The notes under the pieces are model-generated. The model made no database searches, had not been told where the DNA came from, and worked only from the letters and a program-made list of their open reading frames with translations. The position numbers and the translations under genes were made by a program. Of a stretch of 64,000 nucleotides of DNA, positions 29,197 through 40,063 are shown piece after piece. Each line of letters starts with the position of its first letter. The stretch's first letter is position 1. Source of the DNA: Alphaproteobacteria bacterium (GTDB lineage: Bacteria; Myxococcota_A; UBA796; UBA2385); the NCBI GenBank assembly GCA_020632755.1, contig JACKEY010000006.1, positions 136,492-200,491 on the forward strand, written 5' to 3'.

Positions 29197-30375
29197 TCAG
29201 GCGGGAGGCGAGGAGGAGGCGCGCAGGGCGCGGGTGGAGAGGGCGAGGGCGCCCGTGGACAGCAGGCCGGCGGCGCCCCCGGCCAGGAACAGGCCCGCGG
29301 TGCCGATGGCGTCGAGCCACAGGCTGGTGGCCCCGGCGGTCAGCAGACTGCCGACACCGTAGGCGCTGATCATCAGCAGGCTCTGGGCGCTGTTGCGCAC
29401 CTCGGCGGGGGCCTGGGTGCGCATCAGCTCGACGCCGGCGACCCAGAAGACGCCGAACACGATGCCGTGGCTGGCCTGCAGGGCGACCACCAGCCAAGGC
29501 GTGGTGACCACGGCCAGCAGCGCCCAGCGGACGGCGCCGACCAGGGCCGCCAGCACCAGGAGCGGCCCGGGCGGGGCCCGCTGCAGCAGGCGGCCGCCGA
29601 CCGCCATGATCGCGATCTCGGCGGCGATGCCCATGCCCAGCGCCGCGCCGGTCCAGCCACCGCCCAGGCCCAGCCCGTCCATGTGCATGGGCAGCAGCAT
29701 GTCGTAGACGGCCAGCCCGGCGCCGTGCAGGGTCAGGCCGACCATCAGCGGCGCCAGGAAGGGCGCCCGCGCCAGGGCCCGCAGGGCCGGCAGCACCGGC
29801 GCGGGGGCCGCGGTCGGCGGCCCGGGCATCACGAAGGTCAACAGGGTGGCCAGCACCCAGGTGCCCACGGCGAGCCACAGGGCGGGGCGCCCGGAGTCGG
29901 CGTCGGCCACCAGCACGCTGGCCAGCCCGGCCAGGGCCATGAAGCCCACGCTGCCCCACAGCCGCAGCCGGCCGTAGTCGCGGGCGTCGCCCCCGCCGGC
30001 CACCAGCTGCTGCACGGCGGCCGAGTCCAGCAGCGGGCCGATCGGCGCCCGCAGGAAGGCGAAGGCGACCAGCGCCACGGCGAGCCCGGGGGTGCCGAAG
30101 CGGTCCAGGGTGACGACCACCGCGGCCAGCGTGCTGAGCCCGGTCGCCAGCCGCAGCAGGGTGGCCCCGCGGCGGAAGCGGTCGGCCAGCGCCGCCCACA
30201 AGGGCGCCGACAGGATGCGGGTCAGGGGGATGAGCGCCAGCAGGGCGCCGATCCAGGCGCCGCTGTGCCCGGCCCGCTCCAGGTGCAGCCCCAGGAACGG
30301 TCCCCAGGCGCCCGTGCCGCCGATGACGAACAGGTAGACGAGGGACAGCAGCAGGGCAGGGGAGAGGGCGGTCAC
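29197..30375 (-). CDS. MFS transporter.
   Basis: About 12 predicted hydrophobic helices. GTG start is uncertain. The ORF track extends to 30930 as a shadow. Confidence 0.7.
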   Translation of the reverse strand: MTALSPALLLSLVYLFVIGGTGAWGPFLGLHLERAGHSGAWIGALLALIPLTRILSAPLWAALADRFRRGATLLRLATGLSTLAAVVVTLDRFGTPGLAVALVAFAFLRAPIGPLLDSAAVQQLVAGGGDARDYGRLRLWGSVGFMALAGLASVLVADADSGRPALWLAVGTWVLATLLTFVMPGPPTAAPAPVLPALRALARAPFLAPLMVGLTLHGAGLAVYDMLLPMHMDGLGLGGGWTGAALGMGIAAEIAIMAVGGRLLQRAPPGPLLVLAALVGAVRWALLAVVTTPWLVVALQASHGIVFGVFWVAGVELMRTQAPAEVRNSAQSLLMISAYGVGSLLTAGATSLWLDAIGTAGLFLAGGAAGLLSTGALALSTRALRASSSPPA

Positions 30376-30950
30376 GATGCCCGGCGGCCTAGCCGGGCGG
30401 GCGATCGGCGGCGAGGGGGACCCCGGTCCCGGACCTGCGAGAACTTGTTCCTTGCACCGGAGTCTGTACACCAATAACAGACTCGTGTCTGGTGGCGGGG
30501 TGGTCCCGCTGTCCAGTGCCCGACCTCGTCGAGGTGTCCCATGGCCCACACGACCATGCTGATCGCCAAGCACCTGCCCCTGTTCGTCCCGATGCTGCCC
30601 CAGCGGCGCGAAGACGACCACGGTAGCGTGTTCTTCGACGACGACGCGGCCCTGGTGCCGTCCGCATAGGTGTCCCCCGACCCGACGCGCGACGACCCCC
30701 GGCCGCTCCCCACCGAGCCCGGGGGTCGCGTCGTCTCGGAGACCCATCTCACACACACGAGTCCGTGTGAACGGGATTCGTGTGTGATGAGAATCTGTCC
30801 AAGTCTTGCGCGAGCATCTCGCGCACCCCACTCCGGTTCGACTCCGGAGATCTGCACAGCAAGCGCCGCGGGCAGCGGCGGTCCCGGCCCTGCCGACGAC
30901 CGTTCCGCGCCATCGCCCGGCAGGTGGCACTGTTCGGATGCGTGGTAGCG

Positions 30951-31027
30951 GTCGACGTAGCTCAGTCTGGTAAGAGCACTGGTCCTGGAACCAGCTGTCG
31001 AGGGTTCGAATCCCTCCATCGACACCA
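30951..31027 (+). tRNA. tRNA-like gene with canonical D-arm (GCTCAGTCTGGTAAGAGC), T-arm (GAGGGTTCGAATCCCTC) and 3' CCA. The anticodon arm folds only as a 5-bp stem plus a 6-nt loop (CCUGGA; UGG/Pro-like?). One A-C mismatch in the acceptor stem.
   Basis: Manual cloverleaf folding. Total length (77 nt, 10-nt D-loop) is one nt short of expectation, consistent with a 6-nt anticodon loop. Confidence 0.6.
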
Positions 31028-31436
31028 CCGGATCCTACAACCAGGGTCCATCAGCCTGTAACGCTGATCTCACACCTGGGGCGCGCTCCAGGTCCCTGTC
31101 CGCGCATGGGAGCCGACCCGATCCCGGGGGCGGCCCGAACGGATCGCGTGCGATCCGACGGGCCCTGACCGGAGGAGGAGCGGCGACCAGGCACCGGCCA
31201 CCGGGTCCGTCCACCGGCTCGTGCCCGTCCATCACCTCCTTCGCTGGCTGCGGCGCGAGGGGCCGTGGGGACGGGACCGCCTGGTGGCCCCACGGCAGCC
31301 GGCAGGGCGGGGACCCGGAGCGGCCCCCTCGCCCCCCCGGGAGGCGGCCGCCCAGCCCACGGCCTCCTCGCACACCACGCCTCGCTCCTCCTGTCGTTCC
31401 TCCCCCTTCTCCCGTCCCCCCAACCGGAGGTGCACC

Positions 31437-32564
31437 ATGTTCCGCACCCTCTCCATCTCCCGCCTCGAGCGGGTCGCCCTCATCCGCGACGGTGTGTTCG
31501 AGCGCCTGCTCGGCCCCGGCGTGTTCCGCTTCTGGACGCTGGGATCCGTCGTCGAGCTCGTGAAGTACGAGGTCGACGCCGTCGCCCGCCAGCTGGAGCC
31601 CACCGATCCGGTCCCGGCCGAGCTGCCGGGCGCCCGGCTGTTCGAGGTCTCGGGTCGCCAGGTGGCGATCCTGTCCTGGGGCGGCGTCGATCGGCAGCTG
31701 CTGACCGCCGGCCGCTGGCGGCTGTGGGAGCAGGAGGGCCTCGCGCCCTCCGTCCGCACCTACGACTTCGACGCCCGGCCGGTCGCCCTGGCCGACGACG
31801 ATCGCCTGCAGCTGGGCCAGCGCTTCGCCTGGGAGGAGGCCTCGGCCTCCACCGCCGGCCAGTTCGCGCTGGTCCTGCTCCGGGACGGCGTGCCGGTGGA
31901 GGTCCTCTCCCCCGGTCGCTACCGGACCTGGAAGGGCGGTCCCTGGGAGCTGTCGGCGGTCGATCTGGGCATCCAGCTCGTCGAGCCGGCCGCCCAGGAC
32001 ATCGTCACCCGGGACGAGATCCCCGTTCGCGTCAAGCCGGCCGCCAGCTGGCGGGTCACCGACCCGCTGGCCATGGCCGAGCAGACCCGCGACGTGGCCC
32101 CCCTCGTCTACGCCGCGGTCCAGCGCGCCCTGCGCGAGGTGCTCGCCGCCTACGCGCTCGACGAGCTGACCGCGGCCCGGTCGGACCTCTCCGACGCCCT
32201 GCGTGACCGTGCGGTCGCGGCCCTCCCCGAGGGCCTGCCGATCGCCCTGTCCCAGGTCTGGGTCAAGGACATCGTCCTGCCCGGCGAGGTCCGCGACATC
32301 GTCCGCCAGGTGACCGTCGCGAAGAAGCAGGCCGAGGCCCAGGCGATCCGCCGCCGCGAGGAGGTGGCCGCCACCCGGCAGCTCGCCAACACCGCGAAGC
32401 TCCTGGAGCAGAGCCCCGTGCTCCTGCGCCTCAAGGAGCTCGAGGCCATGGGCGAGCTCATCGGCCAGCTGTCCGGGAAGATCGACAAGCTCGTGCTCGT
32501 CGGCGGCGACGACCTGGTCTCGCAGCTCCGGCTGCAGACCGCCGTCCGCGCCATCGATGGCTGA
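31437..32564 (+). CDS. SPFH/band-7 (stomatin/slipin-like) domain protein with an N-terminal extension.
   Basis: GGAGG SD 7 nt upstream of the ATG. SPFH signature region QVWVKDIVLPGEVRDIVRQVTVAKKQAEAQAIRRREEVAA. Confidence 0.75.
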   Translation: MFRTLSISRLERVALIRDGVFERLLGPGVFRFWTLGSVVELVKYEVDAVARQLEPTDPVPAELPGARLFEVSGRQVAILSWGGVDRQLLTAGRWRLWEQEGLAPSVRTYDFDARPVALADDDRLQLGQRFAWEEASASTAGQFALVLLRDGVPVEVLSPGRYRTWKGGPWELSAVDLGIQLVEPAAQDIVTRDEIPVRVKPAASWRVTDPLAMAEQTRDVAPLVYAAVQRALREVLAAYALDELTAARSDLSDALRDRAVAALPEGLPIALSQVWVKDIVLPGEVRDIVRQVTVAKKQAEAQAIRRREEVAATRQLANTAKLLEQSPVLLRLKELEAMGELIGQLSGKIDKLVLVGGDDLVSQLRLQTAVRAIDG

Positions 32565-32717
32565 GCGCGTCCTCCTCCCATCCCCCTCTCCCCCTCTCCC
32601 GCCCCTCCCCTGGGGCGGCCTGGAGTCCAGGCGACCCCAGCCACCCCGACCCTGCTTCCCGCAGGGACGGGGTGGTCTCGTCTCGGCCTCCGCTACGCTC
32701 CACGGATCGGAGGTCGC

Positions 32718-33746
32718 ATGGTGTCCCCGTCGAGCGCCCGGCCCATGGCGTCGATCTGGCTGTGGGCCTTCCTGTACTTCTTCTTCTACGTGCCCTACTC
32801 GGGCATGACCAAGGCCCTGAGCGGCGGGCTGACGCCGGGGCTGCCGCAGGGCGTGGACGGCGTGACCCTGCTGCCGATCTCGACCCTGGCGGGCATCGTG
32901 GTGATGCTGCTGTTCGTCTTCGGGTCCGGCTGGTGGCGGTATGCGACCCAGCTGCGGCTGGGTCCGCTGTCGCTGCCCGTGCCGACCTGGCCGACCTTCG
33001 TGTCGGGGCTGTGCACGGCGGTGATCCTGGCCACGACCACGCTGGCCTACACCTTCGACGGGGTCAGCATCGTGTTCATGATGCTGCTGATGCGCGGCGG
33101 GGTGCTGGTGCTGGCGCCGATCATCGACCGGCTGAGCGGCCGCCACACGCGCTGGTACTCGTGGATCGGCCTGGTGCTGAGCATGGCCGCGCTGGTGGTC
33201 GCCTTCGCCGAGAAGGGCGGCACGGCCCTGTCGCTGCTCGCGGCCCTGGACGTGGCGCTCTACCTGGCCGGCTACTCGATCCGGCTGCGGCTGATGAGCC
33301 ACCAGGCCAAGAGCGACGACGCCGCCGCGACCAAGCGCTACTTCATCGAAGAACAGCTGGTCGTGGCGCCGATGACGGTGGTCTTCCTGGGGCTGGTCGC
33401 CCTGTGGGGGCAGGGCGGCTTCGCGCTGGCCGTGCGCGAGGGCTTCGTCGGCTGGTGGTCGTCCGGCTTCGCGGTGCACACCGCGGCGATCGGCGTGTTC
33501 TCGCAGCTGGTCGGCATCTTCGGGACGCTCATCTACCTGGACGCCCGCGAGAACACCTTCTCGGTGCCCGTGAACCGCTGCTCGAGCATCCTGTCGGGGG
33601 TGGTCGCGAGCTTCGCGCTGACGGCGGCCTTCGGGCTGGCGCCGCCGAGCGTCGGGCAGCTGGTCGGGGCGGGGTTGGTGGTCGGCGCCATCCTGGTGAT
33701 GGGCCTGGCGCCGCGGTGGACCGGCCGGGGCGCCGCCGGTGCCTGA
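32718..33746 (+). CDS. Polytopic integral membrane protein (~10 TM), hypothetical.
   Basis: Strongly hydrophobic throughout (WAFLYFFFYVPYSGM...). Confidence 0.6.
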   Translation: MVSPSSARPMASIWLWAFLYFFFYVPYSGMTKALSGGLTPGLPQGVDGVTLLPISTLAGIVVMLLFVFGSGWWRYATQLRLGPLSLPVPTWPTFVSGLCTAVILATTTLAYTFDGVSIVFMMLLMRGGVLVLAPIIDRLSGRHTRWYSWIGLVLSMAALVVAFAEKGGTALSLLAALDVALYLAGYSIRLRLMSHQAKSDDAAATKRYFIEEQLVVAPMTVVFLGLVALWGQGGFALAVREGFVGWWSSGFAVHTAAIGVFSQLVGIFGTLIYLDARENTFSVPVNRCSSILSGVVASFALTAAFGLAPPSVGQLVGAGLVVGAILVMGLAPRWTGRGAAGA

Positions 33747-33787
33747 GCCGGGTCGCCGGGGTTGCGCGACGAGTTGTCGCGTGCATT

Positions 33788-33806
33788 TGAAAACGACTTT
33801 CATTAT
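33788..33806 (+). promoter_or_regulatory. Fur-box-like operator (TGAAAACGACTTTCATTAT) upstream of feoA.
   Basis: Local AT-rich island in a ~72% GC genome, 10 nt upstream of the feoA SD. About 13 of 19 positions match the GATAATGATAATCATTATC consensus. Confidence 0.4.
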
Positions 33807-33815
33807 AGAGAGGGC

Positions 33816-34066
33816 ATGACCCAGACCGTCGCCCTCGCGTCCCTGCCCAAGCACACCGCCGCCGTCGTCCGCGTCGTGGGCGGCGCCCGCTCCTTCCGCC
33901 GCCGGATGATGGAGCTGGGGCTGGTCCCCGGGACGGCGGTGGTCATCACCAACGTCGCGCCGCTGGGCGATCCGCTGGAGCTGCTGGTGCGCAACTGCCG
34001 GCTGTCCATCCGCCGGGCCGAAGCCGAAGCCATCCAGGTGCTGCGCCCCGACGGCGCGGGGGCGAA

Positions 34067-34070
<4 letters not shown>
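33816..34070 (+). CDS. feoA: Ferrous iron transport protein FeoA.
   Basis: FeoA SH3-like domain (LASLPKHTAAVVRVVGG...LGLVPGTAVVITNVAPLGDPLELLV). Confidence 0.85.
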
Positions 34071-36205
<2,135 letters not shown>

Positions 36206-36214
36206 GCCGACGCC

Positions 36215-37354
36215 GTGCCCGTCTTCGCCGCGCTGTCCGCCGTCCTGCTGCTGTCCTGCGTCCCGCGCGGCTTCGACCACGCGGCGTCGCACCTCGACGG
36301 CCAGCGCCGGTTCTACGAGGGCTGGTACCTGCGGCTCACCGACGCCGACCAGGGCGAGTCCTTCGGGCTCATCTACGGCATCGCCCACGACCGCGGCGCG
36401 CCGGATGGCGGCGCGGGCTACCTGATCGCCCTGTCGGCAGCCGACGGCGAGCGGGCCTGGACCCGGGTGCCGGTCGCGCGCACGTCCGCGCCCCACGGGG
36501 TGTACGACATCTCGATCGGCGAAGCCGACGGGCCCCTGTACGGCCACATCGACGCGGACGGAGGCCGGGGCTGGTTCCAGGCCGGGCCGGACGACGGCGA
36601 CCGTCCGGTGGCCTGGGACCTGGCGCTCACCCCCACGCGCACCTGGACCGCGCGGCACGACAGCCCGATGGGCTGGGTCCAGCGCTGGAAGGGCTTCCAG
36701 ACCTACTGGCACGTCGTGGCCCTGCAGGCGCGGGTCTCCGGCACGGTGCGCTTCGGCGACCGCTCCGTGCACTTCGACGACGCGCTCGGCTACGTCGAGC
36801 GCAACTGGGGCCGGGTCTTCCCCCGCGACTGGATGTGGCTGCAGGCCGGCAGCTTCGTGGATCCCGCCACCGGCGCGCCCCGGGACGGGGCCCTGTCGGC
36901 CAGCGGCGGCCACGTGCCCCTGGCCGGTCCCATCGGCACCAAGGCCGGCATCGTCGGCTACTGGGACGGCGACGCCATGCACCACTTCGCGACGCACACC
37001 GGCCAGAAGGTGCGGCTGCGCTACGCCCCCGGCGACTGGGAGGTCGTGGCCCGCGGCGGCGGCGAGAAGCTGGTCGTGCGCGCCGGGATCGACCCCGACG
37101 CGCTGGTCCCCATCGCCGGCCCCACCCGCGACGGCGTCCAGGACGTGGCCATCGAGAGCCTGGACGGTCGGCTGGTCGTGGAGCTGTTCCGCCGCGCGCG
37201 ACCCTTCGGCCGCTGGCGGCTGCAGCACCGGGCCGAGAGCGGGCTCGCCGGGGTCGAGGTCGGAGGGCTCGCTGCCGTCGAGGCGGCCGCCGCGCGGTCG
37301 GGTGCGACCGAATCCGAAGGAGGGGGAGGTGCGCCGCATCCAGTGGTAGAATGA
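36215..37354 (+). CDS. Hypothetical lipoprotein-like protein. Possibly tocopherol-cyclase/CrtC-hydratase-like. Weak.
   Basis: Signal/lipobox AALSAVLLLSCV. FYEGWYLRLTD and NWGRVFPRDWMWLQ motifs. Family assignment uncertain. Confidence 0.45.
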   Translation: MPVFAALSAVLLLSCVPRGFDHAASHLDGQRRFYEGWYLRLTDADQGESFGLIYGIAHDRGAPDGGAGYLIALSAADGERAWTRVPVARTSAPHGVYDISIGEADGPLYGHIDADGGRGWFQAGPDDGDRPVAWDLALTPTRTWTARHDSPMGWVQRWKGFQTYWHVVALQARVSGTVRFGDRSVHFDDALGYVERNWGRVFPRDWMWLQAGSFVDPATGAPRDGALSASGGHVPLAGPIGTKAGIVGYWDGDAMHHFATHTGQKVRLRYAPGDWEVVARGGGEKLVVRAGIDPDALVPIAGPTRDGVQDVAIESLDGRLVVELFRRARPFGRWRLQHRAESGLAGVEVGGLAAVEAAAARSGATESEGGGGAPHPVVE

Positions 37355-37378
37355 GAACCATTCCAGCTGGGAGGTGAC

Positions 37379-37903
37379 GTGTCGGGTCCGATGCGAGGGG
37401 AGGAAGGCGGAGCGGCGGCCGGGCCGGCCATGGCGCCGGCGCGCCTGGCGCTGGGCGCAGGCCGCATCCCGGGAACCAGCGCCGAGCTGCTGCGGGTGCG
37501 CCTGCACCTGGCGGAGGCGCTGCTGGAGCGGCTGTGCGACGTGCGCCCGGATCCGGCGCCCGTGGCCGCGGCGGTGGACGCCTTCGCGGCGGGGGTGGCC
37601 CGCGGCGCCGCGACCGGCGAGCTGGCGCGGCTCGATCTGGCGATCGTGGCGGCGCTGGTGTCGGCCAGCGGCAGTGACGTGCTGTCCCTGCTGATGTCGC
37701 CGGTCCAGGCCGTGCTCGAGCGGGCCCCGGCCCTGCAGGGCGCGATGTACGCCGACCCGCTGCACAACCTGGCCAGCTACCACGCGCTGCTGGTCTGGCT
37801 CGACGACCCGACCCCCCACGGCATCGCGCCGCTCGTCGGTCTGCTCGGGGCACGGGACGCCGAGACCCTCGGCCGGCTGCCGGGGGGCGGCGACCGGGGA
37901 TAG
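37379..37903 (+). CDS. Hypothetical protein.
   Basis: GTG start 7 nt after a GGGAGGT SD. No family recognised. Confidence 0.4.
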   Translation: MSGPMRGEEGGAAAGPAMAPARLALGAGRIPGTSAELLRVRLHLAEALLERLCDVRPDPAPVAAAVDAFAAGVARGAATGELARLDLAIVAALVSASGSDVLSLLMSPVQAVLERAPALQGAMYADPLHNLASYHALLVWLDDPTPHGIAPLVGLLGARDAETLGRLPGGGDRG

Positions 37904-37913
37904 CCCCCGGTCG

Positions 37914-38603
37914 ATGTCCCTTCCCTGGCACGCCTGGCTGCTGCTCTTCGCCCCGGGGCGGGTGCGGGCCGGACTGCGCCGGGTGGCGGCGTCGGGCCTG
38001 GTCGAGTCGGTCCCCACCCTGTGGCAGATCGAGCTCGGCGTGCTGCGCATGTGGCACCGGATCCTGTTCCGGAGCGAGACCATCGGCGCCAGCACCGGGC
38101 CGCCGCCGCGGTCGGGGCTGCGGGCGCGCCTCCTCCGGATCCGCCTGCTGCGGGCGCCCTGCCTGCTGGCCGAGCGGGCGATCACGCCCTGGGACCTCTC
38201 GGGCTTCCTCTCCTCCCCCGAGCAGATCGTCCGGCACCTGCTGTGCGCCCACCACGACGGCCAGGACTTCGTCTACGACCTGCAGCTCCTGATGCTGCAC
38301 CCGGGGTGGATGCCGCGGCTGCGCGCCGAGGTGGCCCGCGTCGTCGAGCGGGGCGACGGCCGGGCGCGGTGGCTGCAGGATCTGGTGGTCTACGAGGGCT
38401 ACCACCCGCGGCTGCTGGCTGGCATCGACGCCTTCCTGGCCGGGCGCGTCGAGCTGTCCGAGCGCGACGCCCGGGACCCCGACAAGTCGCTGCTGGCCTA
38501 TCTGCGGTGGTGCGCGGCCCAGCCGGCGGACCCGACGGCGACCCTGGCCGCGTGGCGGGCCGGTCGGTTCACCTTCCCCGCCGGGCTTGCGGCGCCGGCC
38601 TGA
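37914..38603 (+). CDS. Hypothetical protein.
   Basis: ORF directly following the previous gene. No family recognised. Confidence 0.4.
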   Translation: MSLPWHAWLLLFAPGRVRAGLRRVAASGLVESVPTLWQIELGVLRMWHRILFRSETIGASTGPPPRSGLRARLLRIRLLRAPCLLAERAITPWDLSGFLSSPEQIVRHLLCAHHDGQDFVYDLQLLMLHPGWMPRLRAEVARVVERGDGRARWLQDLVVYEGYHPRLLAGIDAFLAGRVELSERDARDPDKSLLAYLRWCAAQPADPTATLAAWRAGRFTFPAGLAAPA

Positions 38604-38678
38604 CGCTGGCCCGCCCGGACGCTGGGCCCGCCGGCGCGGGGTTCGGATAAGGGGGAGGCCGACCGCGAGGGAGGCCGC

Positions 38679-39053
38679 ATGTCCGAGCCGATCATCACCC
38701 TGCAGCAGCTCCGGCGGGCCGCGGCCGAGGCGGCACCGACGACGGCCGCCCAGCGCAAGGCCCGCAGCGAGGCGGCCCACGACGGCTTCCAGCGCGAGCT
38801 GATGGGCGAGCGGGCCGCGGCGCTGGGCCGGGCGGGCCGGAAGATCGACGAGGCGCTGGCCCGGCTGGCCATGGCCGAGGCGGCCTGGGACCAGGGGCAC
38901 GGCACCTGGGCGCGCTACCGGGCGGCTTGGCGCGATGCCTACGACGCCCGCTGGGAGATGGAGGTGCTGCGCGAGGCGATCGGCCTGACGCGCCACGAGC
39001 CCGTCTACCAGCAGTGGCCCCTGCCCAGCCCTCGGCCCGCGCCCGGCGAATGA
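38679..39053 (+). CDS. Hypothetical small protein.
   Basis: 124-aa ORF with Ala/Arg-rich predicted helices. Confidence 0.35.
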   Translation: MSEPIITLQQLRRAAAEAAPTTAAQRKARSEAAHDGFQRELMGERAAALGRAGRKIDEALARLAMAEAAWDQGHGTWARYRAAWRDAYDARWEMEVLREAIGLTRHEPVYQQWPLPSPRPAPGE

Positions 39054-39124
39054 TCGGGCGGCCGGCGCGTCCACCGGGGACGCACGTCGGGCCCCTGCCG
39101 GGCGGCCGGCGTGCCGGAGTCCGG

Positions 39125-40030
39125 ATGAAGAGCGCGAGGCCGGTCCTGTTCGCCCTGCTGCTGTCGAGCGCCGCGTCGGCGCAGCAGCTCTCCCATGCGG
39201 TCGAGCGCAGCCCGGCCGAGTGGACCTTCCACACCCGGTGGAAGGACGCCGAGGGCCAGCGCCACGCCGTCGACTACGGGCTGCCGGGAGCCGGGGTGCG
39301 GGCGGATCTGCGCGAGCCGACCGTGCTGGACCTCGAAGCGGTGGCGCAGGACGTGGCGGTCGCGGTGCGGACCGCCGCGGCGGACATGCCCGGCATCGAG
39401 GCCACCGTCGCGGTGAGCGGCGGCGACATCCGGATCGACGCCCGGGGCCGCACCCGCGACCAGGTCCAGGCCGCCCTGGACGCGCTGGCTGTGGTCCGGG
39501 ACGCCGCCTGGGACCGCGAGCTGGCGGCGCGCGACCACTTCAAGCTCACCGACACCGGCGTCACCGCCGACCACGCGCGGCTGGCCGCCCGCTACGCCGA
39601 CGGCCTGCGCCCGCTGGTCGACGCCCTGGGTGGACCGGGAAGCTCACCGCGGGCCTTCGCCGACCGCGCCCTGGGCTTCGTCCAGTCCATCCCCTACGAC
39701 CAGGGGCTGCGCCGCAACGGCGGCTACCGCCGGCCGATGAGCGTGCTGGGGCGCAACCAGGGCGACTGCGACAGCAAGACCGTGCTGTTCCTGGCCCTGA
39801 TGCGGTCGGCCTGGCCCGACGTCGACGCCGCCATCGTCTACGTGCCGGACCACGCCTTCGCCCTGCTGGACATCCCCCGCGAGAAGGGCGACGAGACCGT
39901 GAAGTTCGACGGCGGGAAGTGGGTCGCCGTCGAGCCGGTGGGCCCGGCGCTGCGTCCGGTGGGGGCGCTCGGCGACAAGAGCGCTGCGGGCCGGAAGCGC
40001 TGGGAGGAAGTGCGCGTGGTGCCGCGGTAG
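39125..40030 (+). CDS. Secreted transglutaminase-like cysteine protease superfamily protein.
   Basis: Signal peptide MKSARPVLFALLLSSAASA. QGDCDSKTVLFLALMRS (Cys) ... VPDHAFALL (His) ... D gives a TGase-like catalytic triad arrangement. Confidence 0.55.
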   Translation: MKSARPVLFALLLSSAASAQQLSHAVERSPAEWTFHTRWKDAEGQRHAVDYGLPGAGVRADLREPTVLDLEAVAQDVAVAVRTAAADMPGIEATVAVSGGDIRIDARGRTRDQVQAALDALAVVRDAAWDRELAARDHFKLTDTGVTADHARLAARYADGLRPLVDALGGPGSSPRAFADRALGFVQSIPYDQGLRRNGGYRRPMSVLGRNQGDCDSKTVLFLALMRSAWPDVDAAIVYVPDHAFALLDIPREKGDETVKFDGGKWVAVEPVGPALRPVGALGDKSAAGRKRWEEVRVVPR

Positions 40031-40063
40031 GGGCGCAGCGGGGCGCGGGCAGCGGGGAGGGGC

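Noticed and set aside
30372-31028. 218-aa ORF beginning MVSMEGFEPST on the minus strand.
   Set aside because: This is the classic false ORF read through the reverse complement of a tRNA T-arm (GGTTCGAATCC gives EGFEP). The region is the tRNA-like gene.
33760-33815. Alternative feoA start at 33762 (MRDELSRAFENDFHYREG...).
   Set aside because: That start would lie inside the AT-rich putative Fur operator and has no SD. The ATG at 33816 is preceded by AGAGAGGGC and gives a canonical FeoA length.
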